Source of the DNA: a bacterium
GTDB lineage: Bacteria > Cyanobacteriota > Vampirovibrionia > Gastranaerophilales > Gastranaerophilaceae
Reading direction: 5' to 3'
Assembly: GCA_017405375.1 (NCBI GenBank)
Contig: JAFRAO010000043.1
Span: 111 to 64,110 of the forward strand
DNA length: 64,000 bases
Both the position numbers and the translations under genes were made by a program. The notes beneath the pieces were generated by a model. The model was not told the DNA's origin and did no database searches. It worked only from the letters and a program-made list of their open reading frames with translations. Positions 10,541-19,959 of the stretch are shown here, piece after piece. Every line of letters starts with the position of its first letter. The stretch's first letter is position 1.

Positions 10541-10622
10541 TTTTCCCCCTATCAATTATTTTGATTTTAGCATAGACAAAATTACATAGCAAGAATACAA
10601 CATGGCAATATAAATATTTTTT

Positions 10623-11150
10623 CTATCGGTAAATACTTTTTAGTACATAAATATCATTCTCACTTGGACGTTGAACATTTTTTTGATGCGGAACAAACAT
10701 AACGTCATCAATATCAACTCCATGCCCCAAACCGAGAGAATGTCCTAATTCGTGCAGCATTGTTGAAAAAATGCTTTTGTCGGTAACTTCTTTTGGCGAC
10801 AATTCATTTGCTAAACCAATATCTATAAATATTTTTTTGAAAATTCCGTTAATTATACTCGGATATTTACACATTCCCTCAAAGACTCTGCCGACTTTTG
10901 TCCAATGAATAATAATATCTGCGTTTGTAGGAGCATTTACTTGCTCAAAACGAATATTTATACCGTTCTCTCGTAATGTATTATTCCACAACATAATCGC
11001 TCTTTGTATTTCCGAATACAAAAACGATTTATCTGCAGTTTGCAAAGTGATTTCTGTTATAAAAATACTAATAGCAGATTTATCCCAACGGCACAATTTG
11101 CCGTTAATTTTTGAATTTTCAATATATTGATTTATTTTAGGTGAAAGCAT
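10623..11150 (-). CDS. Matrixin-like (metzincin, M10-type) zinc metalloprotease
   Basis: HELGHSLGLGHGVDIDDVMF equals the HExxHxxGxxH zinc site plus a Met-turn candidate. ATG 11150 follows the upstream gene stop by 1 nt. Confidence 0.75.
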   Translation of the reverse strand: MLSPKINQYIENSKINGKLCRWDKSAISIFITEITLQTADKSFLYSEIQRAIMLWNNTLRENGINIRFEQVNAPTNADIIIHWTKVGRVFEGMCKYPSIINGIFKKIFIDIGLANELSPKEVTDKSIFSTMLHELGHSLGLGHGVDIDDVMFVPHQKNVQRPSENDIYVLKSIYR

Positions 11151-11151
11151 A

Positions 11152-12027
11152 CTAGTAATTAAACGTTTTTCCAAATATCATAATCATTCTTTCCTTTGGA
11201 TGCCATTTAAAACAAATTCTACGGAAATAAATTGAATATGCAATAGAGTTTTTAAAAAATCTTTTTATAGGATTTTTATATAAAATAAACTTATTTTTTA
11301 ATAGTTCTAAATCTAAATCGGCTTTGCTTGTTGGTTTTCGTAATTCATTACTGTAAGAATCTTTATGCATTCGCCAATTCGTCAATTTTTCATCTATGTA
11401 ATAAACATTATGTTGCTGAACAACCTGAAGCCATAAGTAGTAATCTAGCGAAGCCTTTATTGGTGAATTAAAATCTAACTTTTCTAATATATCCTTTCTT
11501 ACCATTACAGAAGAAAATGTTGAAATAAGATTAAATATATCCATTTCTTTTAAAATATTCGCAGGATAATTTTTAGAATTTAAAATTTCTTTTCTTCTGT
11601 TTATGTAATAATCAAATCCTCTGATTTTTTCTTCATAACCAAATAAATTTATATCGTTGAAAATCAAAGCTATGTCTTTGTTTTCGCTTATTACATTTGC
11701 TTTTTTTTCTAAATAATCAGACGTAATTGTATCATCCGATTCCAAAAAAGCTACATATTTACCGCTTGAAAGCTTTATTCCATATTGAAGTGTTTGTGCT
11801 AAACCTTTATTTGCGTTGTTTTCATGTGTATAAAACTTGATTCTGGAATCTTTTTGACAATATTCATTAATAACGTTAATTGAATTGTCTTTAGAACCAT
11901 CATCAACAATAATGAGTTCCCAATTTTGGTAAGATTGAGCAAGAACACTTTCTATTGTTTCTTTTATATAATCTTCGTAATTATAACTTGCTGTAACTAT
12001 TGAAATTAAATCGTTAAACTTTTCCAT
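11152..12027 (-). CDS. Family 2 glycosyltransferase
   Basis: SIVTASYNYEDYIKETIESVLAQSYQNWELIIVDDGSKDNS and ESDD (DxD-like) motifs. Confidence 0.85.
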   Translation of the reverse strand: MEKFNDLISIVTASYNYEDYIKETIESVLAQSYQNWELIIVDDGSKDNSINVINEYCQKDSRIKFYTHENNANKGLAQTLQYGIKLSSGKYVAFLESDDTITSDYLEKKANVISENKDIALIFNDINLFGYEEKIRGFDYYINRRKEILNSKNYPANILKEMDIFNLISTFSSVMVRKDILEKLDFNSPIKASLDYYLWLQVVQQHNVYYIDEKLTNWRMHKDSYSNELRKPTSKADLDLELLKNKFILYKNPIKRFFKNSIAYSIYFRRICFKWHPKERMIMIFGKTFNY

Positions 12028-12084
12028 AATTATATACTATCATAAAATTGTGAAATATCTTTATTTTTATGATATTATCCCAAT

Positions 12085-12927
12085 ATGAATCAGGAAAATA
12101 AAATTGTTGTAAATTTAATCGGCGGACTTGGAAATCAATTTTTTCAATATGCATTGGGTTATGCAATTTGTAAAGAAAATGGTCAAGAACTTTTAATTGA
12201 TAATAGTGATTTTAAAACATATAAAGTCAGAACTTTCGAACTTGATAAATTTAATTTAGAATTAAAATACGCACCTGAAGAACTGGTAAAGGAGTTAAAT
12301 AAAAAGCATTTATTTAATAAAACATTGTACAAGGATAAACGTTTTAGTTTTACTCCAAGTTTGTTAAAAATTAAAAAAAGTGCATATCTTAAAGGTTATT
12401 GGCAAACTGAAAAATATTTTAAAAAGTATGAAAAAGATATTCGGGAATTATTTAAATTTAAAGATAATTCTTTTATTAAAAACGAAAATCTATTATCAGA
12501 AATTCAATCAACAAATTCTGTATCAATTAATTTAAGACTTTGTGAATATGTAAATAATCCAGAAGTTGCTAAAAAGCATTATGTCTGCAAAAAAGATTAT
12601 TATAAAAATGCAATCAATTATATAAATCAAAAATTAGAAAATCATAAGTTTTTTGTATTTTCAGATGATGTAGTTATGGCAAAAGAATTTTTGCCGGAAA
12701 ATAATGACTATATTTTTTGTGATACGGCAAATTGGCAAGAAGATTTATATTTTATGCAAAATGCAAAACATAATATTGTAGCAAACAGCAGTTTTTCTTG
12801 GTGGGCAGCATGGTTAAATAATAATTCCGAAAAAATTGTTCTTGCACCAAATAAATGGTTTACTGATGAAGCTAAAATTAATTACAAAGATGTTGTTCCT
12901 GATTCTTGGACAAAAATAGAGGTATAA
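12085..12927 (+). CDS. GT11-type alpha-1,2-fucosyltransferase
   Basis: GGLGNQFFQYALGYAI N-terminal motif and SSFSWWAAWL C-terminal motif, both characteristic of GT11 (FutC/WbsJ-like). Confidence 0.8.
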   Translation: MNQENKIVVNLIGGLGNQFFQYALGYAICKENGQELLIDNSDFKTYKVRTFELDKFNLELKYAPEELVKELNKKHLFNKTLYKDKRFSFTPSLLKIKKSAYLKGYWQTEKYFKKYEKDIRELFKFKDNSFIKNENLLSEIQSTNSVSINLRLCEYVNNPEVAKKHYVCKKDYYKNAINYINQKLENHKFFVFSDDVVMAKEFLPENNDYIFCDTANWQEDLYFMQNAKHNIVANSSFSWWAAWLNNNSEKIVLAPNKWFTDEAKINYKDVVPDSWTKIEV

Positions 12928-12929
12928 AA

Positions 12930-13895
12930 ATGAAGTTATCCGCAGTAATGGCGTTGTATAATACCCCGTATGAATATTTACAAAAAACTGTTGAAAGTAT
13001 TTTAAATCAATCATTTCAGGACTTTGAACTTATAATTGTGGATGATTGCTCAACAATTGAGTATGAAGAATTTTTATCTCAATTCAACGATTCTCGAATA
13101 AAATATCATAAATTAGAAAAAAATTCAGGGCCTAGCAATGCAAGAAACTATGGAATAAAAATTGCAAATGGAGAATATATAGCTATTTGCGATAGTGATG
13201 ATGTTTATGAGAAAGACCGATTCAAACTTCAAGTTGAATACTTAGATTCACATGAAAATATAGGAGTTCTTGGCGGAGCTTACAAATTTTCAAACAAACT
13301 AAACAAAGTTATAAAACCAAAAACAAAAAGTGAAGATTTAAAAATTGAATTGCTATTCAATTCTCCTTTCGCAAATCCAATTGTAATGCTAAAAAAACAA
13401 ATTTTAGCGGATAATAATTTTTATTTTCCTGAAAATTTAAAATTTGCTGAAGATTATTATTTATGGATTAAACTTCTTTTCGCAAAGTGCGAAATGGCAA
13501 ATTTAGATGATGTTTTGATGGTTTATACAAGAAGGTCCGGTCAACTTTCAAAGCAAAATACAGAAAAGCAAAAACAATCATTGATGTTTGTTTTTAAAAC
13601 TATCTTTGAAAATTTGAATATGAATTTTACAGATGAAGATATTGAAAATTACTATAAAATTGCGATTAATGATTTTAAAAATATAAACAAATCCAGTATT
13701 GAAGAACTTTTCAACAAAATAATTGAAGCAAATAATGTTAAAAATATTTTTGATAACCAAAAATTAAAGGAAAAATTTAATAGTATTTTAATTCAACATA
13801 AAAAAGTTAACAGTAGACTTTTTAAACTAAAAATCGGTTCAAAAAATCTTTGTATTTATAAACCGTTTAAAATTAAACTTGAAAACAGGGATTAG
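12930..13895 (+). CDS. Family 2 glycosyltransferase
   Basis: SAVMALYNTPYEYLQKTVESILNQSFQDFELIIVDDCS and CDSDD. Start set at ATG 12930, 3 nt after the upstream stop. Confidence 0.85.
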   Translation: MKLSAVMALYNTPYEYLQKTVESILNQSFQDFELIIVDDCSTIEYEEFLSQFNDSRIKYHKLEKNSGPSNARNYGIKIANGEYIAICDSDDVYEKDRFKLQVEYLDSHENIGVLGGAYKFSNKLNKVIKPKTKSEDLKIELLFNSPFANPIVMLKKQILADNNFYFPENLKFAEDYYLWIKLLFAKCEMANLDDVLMVYTRRSGQLSKQNTEKQKQSLMFVFKTIFENLNMNFTDEDIENYYKIAINDFKNINKSSIEELFNKIIEANNVKNIFDNQKLKEKFNSILIQHKKVNSRLFKLKIGSKNLCIYKPFKIKLENRD

Positions 13896-13900
13896 ATTTT

Positions 13901-14314
13901 TTATTCTCCCATAACTTTTACAATAACGCGTTTTTTTCTTCTGCCATCAAATTCAGCGTAATAAATTTGCTGCCATGGCCCAAAATCAAGTTCTCCGTTT
14001 GTTACAGGAACCATTATCTCATGACCTATTACCAAACTCTTTAAATGAGCATCACCATTAGTTTCTCCTGTTCTATGATGCATATAATTAGGATTTGCAG
14101 GCGCTATATCTTCTAACCAATGTTCAATATCATAAATTAAACCGCTTTCTGCATCGTTTACATACACACCTGCCGTTATATGCATAGCTGAAACTAAAAT
14201 CATACCTTCTTTTATTCCGCTTTTGTATAATATAGCTTCAACTTCATCAGTTATATTTACATAATCATGTTCATTTTCTGTACAAAACCACAAATAATCC
14301 GTATAAAATTTCAT
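13901..14314 (-). CDS. YjbQ/UPF0047 family protein (secondary thiamine-phosphate synthase-like)
   Basis: 137 aa. [12 protein letters not shown] ... [15 protein letters not shown] pattern typical of UPF0047. Confidence 0.75.
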   Translation of the reverse strand: MKFYTDYLWFCTENEHDYVNITDEVEAILYKSGIKEGMILVSAMHITAGVYVNDAESGLIYDIEHWLEDIAPANPNYMHHRTGETNGDAHLKSLVIGHEIMVPVTNGELDFGPWQQIYYAEFDGRRKKRVIVKVMGE

Positions 14315-14331
14315 AAAATTTTTCCTTCCAT

Positions 14332-15798
14332 TTATTTTTTAAATACCCAGTAATCTTTGTTTAACAAAATCAAAAACGGTACCAATTCTAAACGTCCGAC
14401 TATCATATTAAACATAAATATAAATTTTGTTATCGGATTCAAACTTGCATAACTGCCTGACGGCCCTATTGTATGTCCAAAAGCAGGTCCTATAACGTTT
14501 AATGTCGCTATTGAACCTGAAAAACCAATTATAAAATTATTTTCTATAATTGAAACTATCATCGCATTTATTAAAAATATTCCGAAAAAGAACAATACAA
14601 ATGTTATAATTTGAGAAATAATCTCATTTGAAACTGTTTTATTATCTACCTTTATCGTAGCAACTGCGTTTGGATGAAGCATTTTTATTAATTCTCTTTT
14701 TAAATATTTTAGAATAATTAAAAACCTCATTATTTTTATGCCACCGCCTGTTGAACCGGCAGAAGAACCGCAAATTATGACAATCAACAATAGTATCTGC
14801 GCTGATAATGCCCAATTTGAATAATCACAAGACTGAAATCCTGTTGATGTCATTATACTTATTACGGTGAAAATACTATCTGTAAAAGTTTTGAAGTTTA
14901 CGTGGTTTAAATTCAAATATTGAACCCCAAAAATGGCTAAAGATACAAAAATTATTGTAACAATATATATCTTAAACTCTTCATTTTTCCATATTAAATT
15001 TAATTTAAAACCGGATAAAACTCTGTAAATAAGTGCTAAGTTGCAACCTGCGAAAAACATAAATACAATAGTAACCCAATTTATTGCCAATGAATTATAT
15101 CCCATTATTGAATTTGGATTATTCGAAAAACCGCCTGATGAAATCGTTGAAAACGTATTACACAATGCATCAAACCAAGGCATTTTGAAATACATAAACA
15201 AAGTTATTTGAATTATTGTTAATACAATATATAAAACCCATAAAGCCGTAGCTGTATTTTTAATTCTCGGAGTTAATTTATCTTCGGTAGGTCCCGGAGC
15301 TTTCGCAAAAAACATTTGCCGTCCTGCTATTGCAAATTGAGGTAATACGGCTATAAATAAGACTATAATTCCCATGCCGCCTATCCATTGAATAAACGAA
15401 CGCCAAAAAAACATTGTGTTTGGGTAATCAAAACTTGTTAAAATAGTCGCACCCGTCGCCGTTGCACCTGAAATCCCCTCAAAAAAAGCATTTTCCGGCG
15501 AAAAACCAAAAAATAAAAACGGTATAGATGCTATAACAGAAAAAATTAACCAGCAAAGCATTACAATAGTAAGCCCCTCTGATTTTTTTATATCCGTCAT
15601 TTTATCTTGTGTTAAAAATTTGTTTATTATCAACTTTAGAAAAAAACCTGATATAACTGAAAAAACCCCTGTTAAAACAAAAGGTAAAACAGAATTATAT
15701 TCCTTAAATACTAATGCAATAATAATAGGTACAAATGTAACTAATCCTATGTATATTAATGTTAGTGCTACTGCATTTAAAAGATACTTTAATCTCAT
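14332..15798 (-). CDS. trkH: Trk-type potassium uptake membrane subunit TrkH
   Basis: 488 aa polytopic protein with repeated pore-loop-like GG motifs (SSGGFS, STGGGIK). Adjacent to trkA. Confidence 0.85.
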   Translation of the reverse strand: MRLKYLLNAVALTLIYIGLVTFVPIIIALVFKEYNSVLPFVLTGVFSVISGFFLKLIINKFLTQDKMTDIKKSEGLTIVMLCWLIFSVIASIPFLFFGFSPENAFFEGISGATATGATILTSFDYPNTMFFWRSFIQWIGGMGIIVLFIAVLPQFAIAGRQMFFAKAPGPTEDKLTPRIKNTATALWVLYIVLTIIQITLFMYFKMPWFDALCNTFSTISSGGFSNNPNSIMGYNSLAINWVTIVFMFFAGCNLALIYRVLSGFKLNLIWKNEEFKIYIVTIIFVSLAIFGVQYLNLNHVNFKTFTDSIFTVISIMTSTGFQSCDYSNWALSAQILLLIVIICGSSAGSTGGGIKIMRFLIILKYLKRELIKMLHPNAVATIKVDNKTVSNEIISQIITFVLFFFGIFLINAMIVSIIENNFIIGFSGSIATLNVIGPAFGHTIGPSGSYASLNPITKFIFMFNMIVGRLELVPFLILLNKDYWVFKK

Positions 15799-15799
15799 A

Positions 15800-17137
15800 T
15801 TAATCTACCTTAAAGAATTCTTTTATTTTTGAAACATCTTCATTTTTAGTGAATATAATAATCTCATCACCTGCTATAATTAGAGTATTTCCTTTTGGAA
15901 TAATAACATGTTTTTTTCTGTTTACAATTCCAATAACAGCATGCACAGGCAATTTTAAATCCATAAGTTTTTTTGTTTCAAAATTGTTCGGTATTACAAT
16001 ATCTAAAACTTCACCCTGACCTTGTTCAACTGTTGCTAAAATACCAACATTTTGTTCGCTAAATTCATTTTTAATTTCATGAAGTGCCGCAAGTTTTGTT
16101 GAAACAGCAATGTCTATCCCGACTTGTTCAAAAAGAGGGATATTAAACATGTTTATAACCCTTGCTATAACACGTTTTACTCCTAGCCTTTTTGTCAAAA
16201 GGGAGCACATCAAATTCTTTTCATCATTGTTAGTAACACTAATTACAACATCAGAATCAGCAATATCTTCCTCATTTAACAAGTCTAAATTAGTACCGTT
16301 GCCGTTTAAAATTAAAGCTGATTTCAAAGCATCCGCCAAATATTCACATCTTTTCTCATCTTTTTCTATAATTTTAACTTTAAATTTTAATGATTCCAAA
16401 TCTCTTGCAAGCATATAACCAACGTTTCCGCCACCAATTATTGTAACGGTTTTAGTTGCATTTTTTTCGTGGAAAAATTTACCTGCTAATATATCCAAAG
16501 AATGTGATGAACCCATAAAGATAGCTTTATCACCTTCTTTTAAAATTGTGTCTCCGTATGGTACAAACAATTCTCCTTCGTGATTTACACCAACAATAAG
16601 AGTATCTGATGGAAAATCACATTCCCGAACTTTTTTATCCACAAGAACCGAATTTTGTTCAATTTTATATTCAAGTAATTTAGCTTTACCATTTGCAAAA
16701 CTTTCTACATCAAGAGCTTTTGCTACAGTAACCGTTTTAAAAATTTCTTTTGATAATAATTCCTCCGGACAAATAATAGAATCTACCGCTATAACATTAT
16801 CTGATGTATCTTTTAATACGTTCAATGTATTTTTATATTCTTCTTTATTTATAAAACAAATAGTTTTTATTCCGGAAAATTTTTTTACAATACCACAAGC
16901 AACAATGTTTGCTTCATCGTCCATTGTACAAGCTATAAACACATCAGTATTTTTTATATTTGCTTGTTTTAAAACTTCAATATCGCCGGCAACACCCGAA
17001 ATAAAACTGATATCTAACTTATCAATTTCATCAGTTTTATTAGATTCTTTATCAATAATTGTTACATCGTTATTTTGATAAAATTCATTAGCTATTAAAT
17101 AGCCATATTCACTTGCGCCATAAATTACAATTTTCAT
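15800..17137 (-). CDS. trkA: Trk system NAD-binding subunit TrkA (two RCK modules)
   Basis: MKIVIYGASEYG and VTIIGGGNVGYMLA Rossmann motifs, each followed by a TrkA-C-like segment. Start set at ATG 17137. Confidence 0.88.
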   Translation of the reverse strand: MKIVIYGASEYGYLIANEFYQNNDVTIIDKESNKTDEIDKLDISFISGVAGDIEVLKQANIKNTDVFIACTMDDEANIVACGIVKKFSGIKTICFINKEEYKNTLNVLKDTSDNVIAVDSIICPEELLSKEIFKTVTVAKALDVESFANGKAKLLEYKIEQNSVLVDKKVRECDFPSDTLIVGVNHEGELFVPYGDTILKEGDKAIFMGSSHSLDILAGKFFHEKNATKTVTIIGGGNVGYMLARDLESLKFKVKIIEKDEKRCEYLADALKSALILNGNGTNLDLLNEEDIADSDVVISVTNNDEKNLMCSLLTKRLGVKRVIARVINMFNIPLFEQVGIDIAVSTKLAALHEIKNEFSEQNVGILATVEQGQGEVLDIVIPNNFETKKLMDLKLPVHAVIGIVNRKKHVIIPKGNTLIIAGDEIIIFTKNEDVSKIKEFFKVD

Positions 17138-17254
17138 AAACACAATATACTTAAAATAAAACAATAAGTAAAGAGTCAGTATGTTTGATTTCACCCAACC
17201 TACTTGTTATGTCAAGTTCTGTTGATATTTTCCTTGAATTGCTTGTTAAAATTC

Positions 17255-17283
17255 TTGCAATTTTTGGAGTAATAATGTATTAT
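17255..17283 (+). promoter_or_regulatory. Sigma70-like promoter upstream of the pilin-like locus
   Basis: TTGCAA (17255-17260), 17-nt spacer, TATTAT (17278-17283). Followed by AAGGAG 17306-17311 and ATG 17318. Confidence 0.5.
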
Positions 17284-17369
17284 AAAACAGTAAGTAGTAA
17301 AAGAGAAGGAGTTTAGTATGAAAAATATAAAAAGTAGCGTAAAACCCTTTGTAGACTGCATTTTAGTTA

Positions 17370-17382
17370 GGGGGGGGGGGGG
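17370..17382 (+). repeat. Poly-G homopolymer (13 G), candidate slipped-strand phase-variation tract
   Basis: Counted directly: the g at 17370, ten g at 17371-17380 and gg at 17381-17382. No comparable G/C run occurs elsewhere in the window. Confidence 0.9.
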
Positions 17383-17468
17383 CTAAACTCTCTCGTAGCA
17401 AGGCTTTCGACCTATTTGGACCTCTAAAAAACTTTGTTTGTAACCTCTTTAAAGGTGAACTGTCCAAA

Positions 17469-18332
17469 GTGAACAGTAAACAGAGTCGTCAGTTCGCACA
17501 TAACAGTTTACAGTCAACCGTTCACTCCCTCGCATTTACTCTTGCTGAAACATTAGTCGTAATGGGCATAATCGGTGTTGTAGGAATTTTGGTAATTCCA
17601 AATGTTAATCATAATTCTCAAAATATACATAATGCCGTTAAATTAAAAAAATTGCATACGAATTTACAACAAGCACTAATGTTAGCAATAAATAAATATG
17701 GTCCGTTAAGTAGTTGGTATGATGACTCTTCATATGTGAATGAATATGGAGGGCAACATACTCCATTTACTGATAGTTTTTTTCGTTATTGTCAAAGAAT
17801 ATCAGAATTTTTGAATGTGCAAAAAAGTTGTGGTGATGTTGAAATTAATCGGGATGGCTCTACTTACTTCGACAAAGCATCTATAATACTTACGGATGGT
17901 AGTTATATTAGGTTTGATGTACCCTTCTGGGGAGCTGATTCAAATGATAGATGGGCATGTAGTGTACCTGAAACATACTATCCGTTAGATATGTCTGTAG
18001 ATATAGATGGATTAAATAAAGGAAAGAATACTGCAGGTATTGATAAATTTCAATTTTACGTATCAGAGAAAGATTATAAGCTTAAATCATATGGGGGGTC
18101 TTGGTGGTGGAAAGACGAAGGTCAAGAAAATTATTGTTACTCTGATGATGATAAAGATTTTACATTACCCGGCCCAAGTATAAAATATTGTTTTAAAAAT
18201 AAAGACATTAATTGCACAGCTTGGGTAATGAAAACCGGTAACATGGATTATCTCGATGCAGATGAAAACGGCAAATGCAAACAAAGTAATAAAACATTAT
18301 CTGTTGATAATGGGGTATTTAGCTGTAAGTAA
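17469..18332 (+). CDS. Type IV pilin/pseudopilin-like protein (prepilin-type N-terminal helix), start uncertain
   Basis: AFTLAETLVVMGIIGVVGILVIPN matches the prepilin cleavage/methylation-type hydrophobic N-terminus. The C-terminal part is Cys-rich. The frame stays open upstream as far as the poly-G tract. GTG 17469 is the first start in the current frame. Confidence 0.75.
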   Translation: MNSKQSRQFAHNSLQSTVHSLAFTLAETLVVMGIIGVVGILVIPNVNHNSQNIHNAVKLKKLHTNLQQALMLAINKYGPLSSWYDDSSYVNEYGGQHTPFTDSFFRYCQRISEFLNVQKSCGDVEINRDGSTYFDKASIILTDGSYIRFDVPFWGADSNDRWACSVPETYYPLDMSVDIDGLNKGKNTAGIDKFQFYVSEKDYKLKSYGGSWWWKDEGQENYCYSDDDKDFTLPGPSIKYCFKNKDINCTAWVMKTGNMDYLDADENGKCKQSNKTLSVDNGVFSCK

Positions 18333-18340
18333 AACAAGTT

Positions 18341-18719
18341 TGTCATGCTGAAAACGTACCTTTATGTGTCATTCTGGAAGCGTAGAAAACAAGCACTTTT
18401 GTGCGTAGTTTTCTTGCTGTTCAGAATCTTTCAAACTATTAAGTACTCATTTGACGTTAAGCAGACCCTGAAACCAGTTCAGGATAGACAGGGGAGATTA
18501 TAATTCCTGCGGAAAATGGGACATTATAGACCCTGAAAAACCAATAATAACAGGTCATTCCGAACTTGTTTCGGAATCTAAAACAAAGAATAGACCCTGC
18601 GGGAAACCGGACATTTTTCTCAAAATCAAAGATTTTGGAAAAAGTAGTCAAACAAGTTCAGGGTGGACAAAGGTTGTTTTCAGGATAAATCTACCATTCA
18701 TCGGCTATTCAGCATGACA
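18341..18719. repeat. Hairpin-rich modular repeat element (copy A) closed by a perfect 12-bp inverted repeat
   Basis: TGTCATGCTGAA (18341-18352) pairs with TTCAGCATGACA (18708-18719). Internal modules are shared with 32690-32897. AGACCCTG recurs at 18463, 18528 and 18592. Confidence 0.8.
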
Positions 18720-18734
18720 CAATAAGATTACAAC

Positions 18735-18764
18735 AAAAAAGGATACCTGATGGTATCCTTTTTT
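18735..18764. terminator. Bidirectional rho-independent terminator
   Basis: AAAAAA-GGATACC-tgat-GGTATCC-TTTTTT, between convergent genes. Confidence 0.8.
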
Positions 18765-18787
18765 GTTAAATACATTTATAAAATCAA

Positions 18788-19648
18788 TTATAATGTTGTA
18801 ACAGCAGGTTTTTTCTGTAATTGAGCGCCAGGAATTTGTTGCCAATTTGCAGACATAATCTTTTTGAAAGATTTTAATGCTGTATCTTCCAATTCACCAA
18901 GCTCTTCAGCAGCCATAATTAACTCTCTTAGAGGTAACAATGCTCTTTGGTCACGCAAAACCCCAAGAGCTGCGGCTGCACCTGCTCTAACCAATTCATT
19001 TTCATCTTGTTTTTTCATCACATCAATTAACGCCGGAACAGCTTTTGCGTCATTTAATTTACCCAAAGATGTAACTGCGTATATTCTAACATTAACCCAT
19101 TCATCATAAAGCATGTTGATTAATTTATCCACAGCTTTTTTATTACCGATTTCGCCTAATGCACGAGTTGCATCGCAACGAACATTAACTTTTTCATGGT
19201 CTAATGATTCAATTAATGCATCTGTTGCAATATCACCAATTTCAATTAGCGCTTCAGTCGCTGTAATACAAACCTGAGGATTTGTGTCGTTTAATGCTTC
19301 TACAAGCGGTTCAACAACAATTTCACCACCTAATCTGCCAAGTGCACGAGCTGCACGAACTCTAACATCAACATTTCTGTCTTCTCTTAAAGATTCAATA
19401 AGATGAACTGTCGCTTCAGAATCACCTAATTCTCCCAAAGCACGAGCCGCGTACAAGCGTACAGAACCGTTTTTGTCATTTTTTAATACATCGATTAAAG
19501 GTTTTACAGCTTTAGAATCTCCCATTTCGCCTAATATTCTGGCAGCATTATATCGGACTTTTTCCGAATTACTGGTTTTTAAGTCATTAATAAGCTCTTC
19601 AAATGTTTTCTTAACCTGTTTTTTCTTACTATTCACACTAATAGTCAT
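18788..19648 (-). CDS. HEAT-repeat (PBS lyase-like) protein
   Basis: 286 aa. About 8 tandem units of the form VRxxAAxALGxxGDxxAVxxLIxxL. Confidence 0.85.
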   Translation of the reverse strand: MTISVNSKKKQVKKTFEELINDLKTSNSEKVRYNAARILGEMGDSKAVKPLIDVLKNDKNGSVRLYAARALGELGDSEATVHLIESLREDRNVDVRVRAARALGRLGGEIVVEPLVEALNDTNPQVCITATEALIEIGDIATDALIESLDHEKVNVRCDATRALGEIGNKKAVDKLINMLYDEWVNVRIYAVTSLGKLNDAKAVPALIDVMKKQDENELVRAGAAAALGVLRDQRALLPLRELIMAAEELGELEDTALKSFKKIMSANWQQIPGAQLQKKPAVTTL

Positions 19649-19959
19649 TAAAAATTGCCTCCATTACACGAAAAATATATATGTATATATCTACCTTACC
19701 CACATAATATAAGTATAATTTTTTGAAAAAATTGCCTTATATTACTGCTGTTTGTTACAAATATTTACATATTTTGAATTTATTGTGTTCAACATATTGT
19801 AAATATTGCATTTTACCATAAAGGGTAATATTGACACTTTATATTTTTATTTTAGCATTTTTTTTTAAATTTGTCTTGCTTTTGTAACAATAATTCATAC
19901 ATTTGTAGTAATTGTTTTTTAAATCATTCGCATATAAAATAATATCTTTAATCCATTTG

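Noticed and set aside
17469-17524. Inverted words GTGAAC/GTTCAC and GTAAAC/GTTTAC at the 5' end of the pilin-like ORF as an invertible or regulatory hairpin
   Set aside because: The stems are only 6 bp each and are asymmetrically spaced. This is weak compared with the poly-G explanation.
18457-18651. 64-aa minus-strand ORF in the repeat element downstream of the pilin-like gene
   Set aside because: It lies entirely within the hairpin-module repeat, and its sequence is dictated by palindromic modules shared with 32.7-32.9 kb. It has no RBS.
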